Source of the DNA: Fibrobacteria bacterium
Lineage (GTDB): Bacteria; Fibrobacterota; Fibrobacteria; UBA11236
Reading direction: 5' to 3'
Length of the DNA stretch: 36,547 bases
NCBI GenBank assembly: GCA_043750055.1
Contig: JAYVCH010000170.1
Coordinates: 1-36,547 of the forward strand
Position 1 is the stretch's first letter. Each line of letters starts with the position of its first letter. A model generated the notes under the pieces. The model saw nothing but the letters and a program-made list of their open reading frames with translations, was not told the DNA's origin and ran no database searches. A program made the translations under genes and the position numbers. Positions 18,923-26,504 of the stretch are shown here, piece after piece.

Positions 18923-20450
18923 CCATGCTCCCATTTAAGGAATCGCCTGAGGTCACCGGGAATCCTGTGGCTTTTGAAAGCTTCGACGCCCATGTCAAAA
19001 TCTCTTCTTGATCGCTGAAATGTTTTTTGGTTCGACCGACTATTTGATAATCTTCGTGGCCTTTTCCAGCAATCAACAAACAATCTCCCGATGTCAAAGT
19101 GTTCAGTGCGGCTACAATCGCATCATGACGATCGACGATGGCTTTAACTCTTGAGCTGTTCCCCATTCCAGCTAAGATTTCGGTCATAATAGCCTGTGGA
19201 TCCTCATTGCGTGGATTATCACTGGTCAAGAATAAGGCGTCGGCGGATGCCACCGCAATTTCACCCATTATGGGACGTTTAGTTCGATCACGGTCACCAC
19301 CGCAACCGAAAACACATACCAACTTCCCTGGTGTCATTGGTTTCAGGCTATCTAAGACTCGTTCAAGCGCATCGGGAGTATGCGCATAATCCACAATCGC
19401 ATAAGCGCCGTTTGGTAGTTCAAAAACCTGATTTCGACCTTTTACTGTAACATCAGCGATACCCTGAGCAATGACCGCTGCCGGTAAGTCGAGCGAGAAC
19501 CCCAAAGTGACGACAGCCAGGAGGTTTTCGAGATTAATGGTCCCAATCAACCGTGAATTAAATCGATAGGTGTCTCCGCGATAGGCTACGGCGAAATCAG
19601 ATCCGGATAGAGTGAGACGGGAGTCGAACAGCATCACATCGGCTTTGACTTCCCCACGCGAAAACGTAAGTCTCTGGCAAGTCAATTCTCGACCCATTCG
19701 AATCCCATATTCAGAATCCGCATTCAGAATGACAATGCCATCGGTCCGCAAATACTCTTTCATCAATCGACGTTTGGCTTTATAATACTCTTCGAAATCG
19801 GCATGGTAGTCCATGTGATCGCGAGTCAAGTTGGTAAATATGGCCCTTGAAAAGGTTACACCACGAATCCGGTCTTGACTCAAAGCATGAGAAGAAACTT
19901 CCATGACCAAGCCCGTACAATCCTGGTCCGCCCCTTGGCGTAACATTCCAAAAAATTCATCTGGACCCGGTGTTGTGAGGTCGGAGGAAAGGGATACTCC
20001 CTCAATCTCATAATCGATGGTTCCCAGTGACACGACTTTTCGACCGGCTGCACGTAACATAGAGGAAGCTAATTTGGTAATCGTGGATTTGCCATTGGTC
20101 CCAGTCACACCTACGGAAATCATTTGATCGGAAGGCCGCCCATTCCGAATATTAAAGAGTTCTCCCACCTTCGCTCTTAGACCCGGACAAGGAATTATTT
20201 CAGCACCCGGGCCTGGCTCAATTGTACCCTCCAAAGCAGGATGAGACTGGCCTTCAGACAGGACGGCTACGGCTCCGCGCTCAATCGCTTCGCCTATATA
20301 TTTCGATCCATCATCATGGACTCCAATCAGGGCAAGAAAAAGATCACCCTTATCAACTTTTCGGGAATCAATCCGGACTTTCCGAATTTCAGGATCGGTA
20401 TGGTGAGGCAATTGAAGCCCTGCGTCAAGAAGCAATTTGGAGAGTCGCAT
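18912..20450 (-). CDS. murE: UDP-MurNAc-L-Ala-D-Glu--meso-diaminopimelate ligase
   Basis: GVTGTNGKST, LTTP, MEVSSH, FTNLTRDHMDYH, VDYAHTPD, FGCGGDRD, DNPR (meso-DAP specificity motif), GKGHE. Confidence 0.97.
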   Translation of the reverse strand: MRLSKLLLDAGLQLPHHTDPEIRKVRIDSRKVDKGDLFLALIGVHDDGSKYIGEAIERGAVAVLSEGQSHPALEGTIEPGPGAEIIPCPGLRAKVGELFNIRNGRPSDQMISVGVTGTNGKSTITKLASSMLRAAGRKVVSLGTIDYEIEGVSLSSDLTTPGPDEFFGMLRQGADQDCTGLVMEVSSHALSQDRIRGVTFSRAIFTNLTRDHMDYHADFEEYYKAKRRLMKEYLRTDGIVILNADSEYGIRMGRELTCQRLTFSRGEVKADVMLFDSRLTLSGSDFAVAYRGDTYRFNSRLIGTINLENLLAVVTLGFSLDLPAAVIAQGIADVTVKGRNQVFELPNGAYAIVDYAHTPDALERVLDSLKPMTPGKLVCVFGCGGDRDRTKRPIMGEIAVASADALFLTSDNPRNEDPQAIMTEILAGMGNSSRVKAIVDRHDAIVAALNTLTSGDCLLIAGKGHEDYQIVGRTKKHFSDQEEILTWASKLSKATGFPVTSGDSLNGSMDGN

Positions 20451-20451
20451 C

Positions 20452-22353
20452 TCAACCCATCCATTCTAAGATGAGAGTGCATTTTTGGCCTTGATGTACT
20501 GGCGTCCCAACCGGTGGGTCTTGGCGGATGATTCGTCCATTTCCCGTATATTCGACTTCAATACCCAGATTTTTCAGTTTCAACAAGGCGTCGCGAAGCG
20601 TGTTGTTTGTGAGGTCAGGCATTACCCGGTTATCCAGAAAACCCAAAGAGACCGTCACGGTTTGTGCTGATCCCATTTTCGTTCCCGGTCGCGGATACTG
20701 CGACAAAACCACCTCTCCCGTGCCTTCCCTTCGAATCCCGCGCCTCATTCCTGACATAGTTTTTTCCGCATCCGCAAACCGATAGCCCAATAGATTAGGC
20801 GCTATTACTGAATCTTCCGAGGATGAGGCCGAAGGTCTCGCCATATGTGCGAGTGGAAAAACAGGATTGGTCAAAAATCGATCCACAATTTCACGAAAAA
20901 TAGGCGCGGCGCTTTGCCCACCATATTTTAATTGCGAGGGTTCATCCAAAAGAATCAGGCAAACCAACTCTGGATGGTCCACAGGGGCCATTCCCACAAA
21001 AGACGAATTGAACAGGCCATGAACATAATGGCCTGTAACTGCATCGATTTTTTCTGCCGTGCCCGTTTTTCCCGCCAACGCAATGCGATCCGTTTTAATA
21101 TCCGATGCAGTTCCATATTCCACTACGGCCGATAACATGGATTTTATTAGGACCGTTGTGCTTTCCGAGATGACTCGACGCACCACACGCGGTGGAATTT
21201 CTTCAATGGTTTTCCCAGTTCCATCCGACCATCCCCTTACGATTCTAGGCTTCATCAACAATCCCCCGTTGGCAATGGCGGAAAAAGCCATGGCAACCTG
21301 TATGGGTGTCGCCGAAATTTCATGCCCAAAAGCAATGGTACTTTGAGTTCGACCACTCCAACTCGAAACAGATTTTAGCACCCCGCCTTCTTCAGCAGGC
21401 AACCCAACGCCGGATTTCATTCCAAAGCCAAAAGATCGGATATATTTGTAGAAGGTTTCCGGTTTCAATCGCGGGGCCGCCTTCGCAAAACAAATATTAC
21501 TGGAATAGGCCATGGCATCTTTAAAGCTGATTTTGCCATGTGGATGAGAGTCCTTGATGACTTCTCCAGAAAGTTTGTAAACGCCATTTTCTCCATCGAG
21601 GGTATCCTCAGGAGTAATCAATTTCTCTTCAATCAGAGCCGAGGCTGTAAAGGTCTTGAAAGTAGAACCAGGCTCGTACACTTTGACAACCGCCTCGTTT
21701 TTCCACGCGTCCCGCTCCTCACCATCACGAGTATTGGGATTGTAGAAGGGATAATTGGCCATGGATAGGATATCGCCGGAATAGGGTTCTACTACAATGG
21801 CTACGCCTTGTTTGGCACCGGATTTTTGGACACCGCGTTCCAAGGCCCGTTCTACAATTTCTTGTAATTTGGAATCCAGTGTGAGTACCACATTCATGCC
21901 ATTAATGGCTTCCTTCTTTTTCTCTCGGAATCCAGGATAGTAATGGTTTTTAACATCGTGACGTAAATATTTCCAACCATCAGTCCCACGAAGTTCACGA
22001 TCCAGAAAATATTCCAATCCTAATTGCCCATAACCATCCTTACCCACCGTGCCCAAAACTTGACCGGCCAAAGTTCCGTGCGGGCAAACCCGGTTCAACT
22101 TGCGCATTCGCGCGCTCGCGCCACCGGCATCGGATTCCAATTCAACATCTGCATTCACAACTAATTTCTGGAAATCTCGATCCAGTATCTCACCTCTTTT
22201 TGGCGCGACCACGTCGCGACGAATACTTTGCGAATATGCCAGGGCCTGATAATATTCAGATTTAACAACCTGGATATAGGCAACACGCAAGAGCATTCCC
22301 AGCCAAACTAAGGCCAGGATAAATCCTAGCGTTAAAATTCTCTTGTTCGCCAT
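20452..22353 (-). CDS. ftsI: Class B penicillin-binding protein FtsI/PBP3 with two C-terminal PASTA domains
   Basis: N-terminal TM, RGEILDR, GLE, catalytic STFK, SSN, KTGT; PASTA repeats APNLLG...QYP.PG and MPDLTN...QDP.VG. Confidence 0.95.
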   Translation of the reverse strand: MANKRILTLGFILALVWLGMLLRVAYIQVVKSEYYQALAYSQSIRRDVVAPKRGEILDRDFQKLVVNADVELESDAGGASARMRKLNRVCPHGTLAGQVLGTVGKDGYGQLGLEYFLDRELRGTDGWKYLRHDVKNHYYPGFREKKKEAINGMNVVLTLDSKLQEIVERALERGVQKSGAKQGVAIVVEPYSGDILSMANYPFYNPNTRDGEERDAWKNEAVVKVYEPGSTFKTFTASALIEEKLITPEDTLDGENGVYKLSGEVIKDSHPHGKISFKDAMAYSSNICFAKAAPRLKPETFYKYIRSFGFGMKSGVGLPAEEGGVLKSVSSWSGRTQSTIAFGHEISATPIQVAMAFSAIANGGLLMKPRIVRGWSDGTGKTIEEIPPRVVRRVISESTTVLIKSMLSAVVEYGTASDIKTDRIALAGKTGTAEKIDAVTGHYVHGLFNSSFVGMAPVDHPELVCLILLDEPSQLKYGGQSAAPIFREIVDRFLTNPVFPLAHMARPSASSSEDSVIAPNLLGYRFADAEKTMSGMRRGIRREGTGEVVLSQYPRPGTKMGSAQTVTVSLGFLDNRVMPDLTNNTLRDALLKLKNLGIEVEYTGNGRIIRQDPPVGTPVHQGQKCTLILEWMG

Positions 22354-22676
22354 GCAACCTTTCCCATCTCCGCTTTCACGATATCCGCTGATCGTTCATG
22401 ATCGGGATAAACGGGGACAGGGGTATTTCCATATTCAAGACCAAATCGACCTTTTGCCAAACCTTCGATTCGGGAGAGTTTTTTCAACCCACCGATTTCA
22501 ACTTCGAGCAAAGCGATATCATTGCGTACTAGGGATTTCGCTTTCGCCAATTTCATAGCTCCGATGGAAATCCTGACAAAGGTGTTTTGCTTATAGATAT
22601 CCGCCACAAGTACGGCGGCCCCACACATGACCAAAGCAAAAATTCCAACGACACCGCGAAGCTTTAACCCTTTCAT
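22332..22676 (-). CDS. ftsL: Cell division protein FtsL-like
   Basis: 114 aa: TM helix, coiled coil, then SRIEGLAKGRFGL. Canonical position between rsmH and ftsI; ATGA overlap with the rsmH stop. Confidence 0.75.
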   Translation of the reverse strand: MKGLKLRGVVGIFALVMCGAAVLVADIYKQNTFVRISIGAMKLAKAKSLVRNDIALLEVEIGGLKKLSRIEGLAKGRFGLEYGNTPVPVYPDHERSADIVKAEMGKVAWRTREF

Positions 22677-23623
22677 ATCTTTTCCACCACTCTCAACTTG
22701 GCCGAGCGTGCGCGAGGATTCCGATCTTTTTCGGCTTGAGTTGGAAGTCCTGGTTTTTTCAAAACCTTAATCAGCCGTCGATTGGCGCCGCCGCACATAC
22801 AGACCGGCAAGTTGGGCGCACAGATACAATCCTTTTCGAATTCGGCCAAAGTTTCCTTAACCTTACGGTCTTCAACCGAATGATAACTGAGAACGCAAAG
22901 CCTTCCCCCGGTTCGAAGCGCCTTTACGACCGCCTTTAATCCTGTCCCAATTTCACCCATCTCGTCATTCACTTCGATACGAATCGCCTGGAAGATTCGG
23001 GCTAACAAAGAATTCCGATTCTCGCCGTTTATTCCTGGAAGTTTATCGACGGCCTTGCGAATTAGATCGCTGGTCATTTCCGCACCCGCCTCAATATCGG
23101 CGACCAAGGTTCGAGCCAAGCGACGTGCTTGTTCTATATCGGCATTACGACGCAAAACACTGGACAATTCCCATTCATCCCAAGTCTTGAGTAAATCAGC
23201 GGCAGCGGGTCCATCTTCACCCATGCGCATATCCAAAACCGTCCCCGCCGTGAAAGAAAAACCGCGCTCTTTAGCATCCAGTTGACGCGAACTCACTCCT
23301 AAATCAAATAAAGCACCCGCGAGGGATCCCACTTCACAAAATTCTGAAAGCCGGGAAAATTCAGCTTGCTCCACTTGCATCCGCGACTCATCTGCAAAGC
23401 CCGTTCGGTTTCGAGTTACCGCTTCAAGATCACGATCCAATCCCAGTAATCGCCCCTGTTGACTCAACTTGGATAAAATTTGTGCTGCATGTCCTCCACC
23501 GCCGAGGGTTGCATCCAAATAAAATCCATCTGTATCTGTGATCAAATACTCCAGGATTTCCTCCGACATCACAGGCAGATGATATCCATGCGCAGTTCGC
23601 GAAGGTTTGTTTGCGGCGTCCAT
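22673..23623 (-). CDS. rsmH: 16S rRNA m4C1402 methyltransferase RsmH (MraW)
   Basis: HLPVM, DATLGGGGH, DLGVSSRQLD..ERGFSF, LDMRM, FQAIRIEVN, SYHSVEDRKVK, NPRARSAKLR. Start placed at 23623 (TGATG overlap with the mraZ stop). Confidence 0.97.
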   Translation of the reverse strand: MDAANKPSRTAHGYHLPVMSEEILEYLITDTDGFYLDATLGGGGHAAQILSKLSQQGRLLGLDRDLEAVTRNRTGFADESRMQVEQAEFSRLSEFCEVGSLAGALFDLGVSSRQLDAKERGFSFTAGTVLDMRMGEDGPAAADLLKTWDEWELSSVLRRNADIEQARRLARTLVADIEAGAEMTSDLIRKAVDKLPGINGENRNSLLARIFQAIRIEVNDEMGEIGTGLKAVVKALRTGGRLCVLSYHSVEDRKVKETLAEFEKDCICAPNLPVCMCGGANRRLIKVLKKPGLPTQAEKDRNPRARSAKLRVVEKI

Positions 23624-24084
23624 CAGAACCAATTCTCAAATTTCTTTTCTTCATCAGCGGTAACCACTTCAATCTCAGTGGAATATTTATCAGGCGCCCA
23701 CAATCGCACACGCTTGCCATCACCAACGAAAGTCACTTCTCCAGCGATACCCGCATATGTCAATTGTTCAACAGTTAATGTGATCCGATTTTGTCCATCG
23801 AGAACCGAGAGCTTGGCCATTGAGGTAATTCGAGTTCTGAATTTCGAAACATCAGCTCCACGACCTAACCCTTCCAAGTATTGGATATAGGCATTCCATT
23901 CATAGACGGGATAAAGTGCGAGAGTATGACCTTCAGCTATCGTCACCACCACCTGTCCCCCTGCATCATCGCGGAGGATTTTTCGAAAATCCTTTGGAAA
24001 ATTTGTGCGACCGGTCACATCGATCGCCACTTTCGCTTTCCCAATGAAGGACTCTAATTTGATGGTATTCTTGATTTTTTCCAT
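23623..24084 (-). CDS. mraZ: Transcriptional regulator MraZ
   Basis: 153 aa with two DxxxR motifs (IDVTGR, LDGQNR), FIG near the N-terminus, LALYP..EW, FVG.G..VRLW. First gene of the dcw cluster. Confidence 0.93.
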   Translation of the reverse strand: MEKIKNTIKLESFIGKAKVAIDVTGRTNFPKDFRKILRDDAGGQVVVTIAEGHTLALYPVYEWNAYIQYLEGLGRGADVSKFRTRITSMAKLSVLDGQNRITLTVEQLTYAGIAGEVTFVGDGKRVRLWAPDKYSTEIEVVTADEEKKFENWF

Positions 24085-24124
24085 TATTAACCAATTTTAC
24101 CCAAAATCTACCATTATTACCCGC
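24080..24124 (-). promoter_or_regulatory. MraZ operator array (TGG-core direct repeats, 10-bp period)
   Basis: Minus strand GCGGG-TAATA-ATGGT-AGATT-TTGGG-TAAAA-TTGGT-TAATA-ATGGA: five boxes at an exact 10-bp period, matching the known TGGGN-type repeat architecture of MraZ sites. Confidence 0.8.
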
Positions 24125-24134
24125 AAAATCGCAA
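24105..24134 (-). promoter_or_regulatory. Candidate sigma70-type dcw promoter
   Basis: TTGCGA - 18 nt - TAGATT with a TGn extension, overlapping the MraZ boxes. Confidence 0.4.
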
Positions 24135-24146
24135 TAAAGACTCAAG

Positions 24147-24175
24147 AAAAAAAAGGAACCCCAGCGTTACCTAGG
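24147..24175 (-). terminator. Weak terminator-like hairpin upstream of the mraZ promoter
   Basis: CCTAG-GTAACG-CTGGG (one G-U pair) followed by GTTCC and T8 on the minus strand. Confidence 0.35.
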
Positions 24176-24200
24176 CAGATTTAGACTCGGAAAATTCATG

Positions 24201-24217
24201 GACTACTTAAAGTAGTC
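24201..24217. repeat. Perfect 8-bp inverted repeat GACTACTT-A-AAGTAGTC
   Basis: Directly visible in the intergenic region upstream of mraZ; function unknown. Confidence 0.6.
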
Positions 24218-24338
24218 AGGCGTATTTGAGGCGCTTTGTTTGGATAACAACTTTTAAATCATGGACTTAACTGAAGAAGATAAAAATCAGAACAGGGTGG
24301 AACCAAAGATCCCGTTTTAGACTTTTTCAAATAATCAT

Positions 24339-24352
24339 TGCACTATTGTGCA
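24339..24352. promoter_or_regulatory. Palindrome TGCAC-TATT-GTGCA, candidate Fibrobacter-type LexA (SOS) box
   Basis: Perfect 5-4-5 palindrome matching, on both strands, the TGCNC-N4-GTGCA site I recall for Fibrobacter succinogenes LexA. Intergenic, immediately after the stop of the vWA gene. Confidence 0.35.
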
Positions 24353-24353
24353 C

Positions 24354-26483
24354 TTAATCGAAATCCCATTTTTTTCGCATGAGCCATGCCAAGGCCAGGG
24401 GTAGCAGTATGAAAAAGAATAGCGGGATAGTATTGAATAAGCGAATTGACTTAGTCTTTTCAACCCGAGTTTCTGCTGCGGGCAATGAAGGTAACACAGA
24501 AGATACCGCATTTGTATCAAGTGCGACCGTATATTTCGCTTGAGAAATGAGGCGGCCTCCGGACCGACTCGCCAATTCATTCAGGGTCGTTTCGTCGAAT
24601 CCGATTTTTGCAAGCTCTAATACGATTTTGGGCGCTACTTCCAGCGAATCGCTCCTGAGTTTTTGCGACCCTTTTTGCAGCGTGATTTCATATTGTCCGG
24701 GATCCAAAATAATACTTTTCCACACCGGGTCCTCTTCATGTCCCGCTTGGACGAGAGGCAAAATTCTTGTTCCTTTGGAACCCGTTCTTGTTCCATTGGA
24801 ACCCGCAATCCATAGCTTCAAAGTGGAATCGTCTCGGTTGGCGGCTCTATGGCCTATGGAAAGCGAATCTGGAAGATGATAGGCAATATCGAAAGGTACG
24901 CTTTCATAAGCTCTATTCGGTTTCGAAATTCTGATAGTATTGTCCTGTCGATCCGCCAGGTTTCTCGCGAATTTAATATAAGCTGTGATATTTGATCGCG
25001 GCCCAAAGTCAGCTTGGGGATCGAAAAAGAAATTCCAAATATCGGGAAGTATTAAAAACAAGGCCCCCTTTCCGCCACCCAAGGAAAGCTTACCCACCAA
25101 CAACCCTCGATGATCCCCTTCAGACACTTCCACTAATGCGGTTAGGCCCTGATTGAGCGCTGGAGCTTTTACTCCTTTTGGAGAAACTGCTTTGAGGCTA
25201 AGAATTTCATCTGGAAATTGTTCTGAAACCGACCGGGCCACTTTAATTTCCGAAGCTGGGGAAAACGCGTTCCAATTCCCATCCAGAAAAGCGGGCCTAC
25301 GCTGATTTTTGATTTCTGAGATTCGGGAATAAACTACCACTTTACCAGGAGATTGTTGAAGGGCCCCTAATTCTTTACCGGCCTGGGGGAACAATCCCGA
25401 TTCAATCCAAATCTGATCCTTGCTTGTCACCCTCATTCCCGGAAATTCTTCCATCGAGAAAAATATGAGATCGTGACTTTGCGATTCGGATAGTATTTCG
25501 AACAGGCCTTTTTCATCCAGGCTGCGCAAGGGGCGTGCGACGAATATTCTTTTTCTCAGCCTTCCTTGGGGAAATAAAATGGGAAGCGTGTCATTGTAGT
25601 GATCCAGGTTCAGTTCTAAGCGCTCGGGTTGTAGGATGGCTTTGAAGGCTGCCCCCTCCTCCCCGAAGGTTTTTTCTGGAGACCAATCAAATCGAGTAGT
25701 AATAGCCCCGATACCGGGAGGAAGCTTGCGTGTTACCATGATTTTTCCATCTTGGACTATGCGTAAAGTCGGCGCGCCGGCTAGGCGGCTCAAAACCTTG
25801 TACTGAACCAAAACCTGGCTGGCCTTTCCTCCTGAATCCCATGTGATGCGAACATTTTCGGGTTGTACTTCTCCAGATGAATCCGTCGGGAAAATCACTG
25901 GATACACAGGTGCACTCCATGACCGTGAAGCTCTCCCCGAATCCAGATTGGCCCGTCCATCGGAAAAAAGAAAGATGGCTTGTAGGTTAGGAATGGACAT
26001 AGAATCCACAAAATCGGCAACGGATGATAAACTGGTCAATTCCAAAGGTACGTTCCCTTGGTATGACTTCGGATGCGATACACTCTGCGACTCAGAAGCC
26101 CTACTTGGCCATACCCCTTTATTGAAATCTGCGAATCGGATCTCAAATTCCCGATTTTTATAAAATTGAATCAGGGACTGTTCAAAAGAAGTATACGCCC
26201 CGTTAAGTCCCAAAAAATGGCCATTTTGAAAACTGCCGCTTTGGTCACGGACTACTAGAATGACTGGAGGATGAAATTCAACACGGTGCCGTCTCAATTC
26301 GGGCGCCGTCAGAGAAAGGGTCAACAAAACCAATGCCAAAGTTTGGAGGGCGAAGAGAATCCACCCTCCCAAAGCTGGGCCTGATCTCACAATACCGGTT
26401 GCATACTGACGCCATAAAAAGAAAACTCCTGGAGGCAGAAGAAGCAAGAACCAAAGGCTTCCGTTGAAATGAAGGGAAAGCAT
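24354..26483 (-). CDS. Membrane-anchored vWA (MIDAS) domain protein
   Basis: Two N-terminal TM helices, MIDAS motif RDQSGSF plus FLFSDG, Ig-like segment ending in YND, LNELASRSGG, and a C-terminal TM ending AWLMRKK. Confidence 0.75.
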   Translation of the reverse strand: MLSLHFNGSLWFLLLLPPGVFFLWRQYATGIVRSGPALGGWILFALQTLALVLLTLSLTAPELRRHRVEFHPPVILVVRDQSGSFQNGHFLGLNGAYTSFEQSLIQFYKNREFEIRFADFNKGVWPSRASESQSVSHPKSYQGNVPLELTSLSSVADFVDSMSIPNLQAIFLFSDGRANLDSGRASRSWSAPVYPVIFPTDSSGEVQPENVRITWDSGGKASQVLVQYKVLSRLAGAPTLRIVQDGKIMVTRKLPPGIGAITTRFDWSPEKTFGEEGAAFKAILQPERLELNLDHYNDTLPILFPQGRLRKRIFVARPLRSLDEKGLFEILSESQSHDLIFFSMEEFPGMRVTSKDQIWIESGLFPQAGKELGALQQSPGKVVVYSRISEIKNQRRPAFLDGNWNAFSPASEIKVARSVSEQFPDEILSLKAVSPKGVKAPALNQGLTALVEVSEGDHRGLLVGKLSLGGGKGALFLILPDIWNFFFDPQADFGPRSNITAYIKFARNLADRQDNTIRISKPNRAYESVPFDIAYHLPDSLSIGHRAANRDDSTLKLWIAGSNGTRTGSKGTRILPLVQAGHEEDPVWKSIILDPGQYEITLQKGSQKLRSDSLEVAPKIVLELAKIGFDETTLNELASRSGGRLISQAKYTVALDTNAVSSVLPSLPAAETRVEKTKSIRLFNTIPLFFFILLPLALAWLMRKKWDFD

Positions 26484-26504
26484 GGGAATCCGCCAGCAAT
26501 GAGT

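Noticed and set aside
22790-22830. CIC...VCMC cysteine cluster in RsmH
   Set aside because: A common insertion in RsmH of many phyla; not novel.
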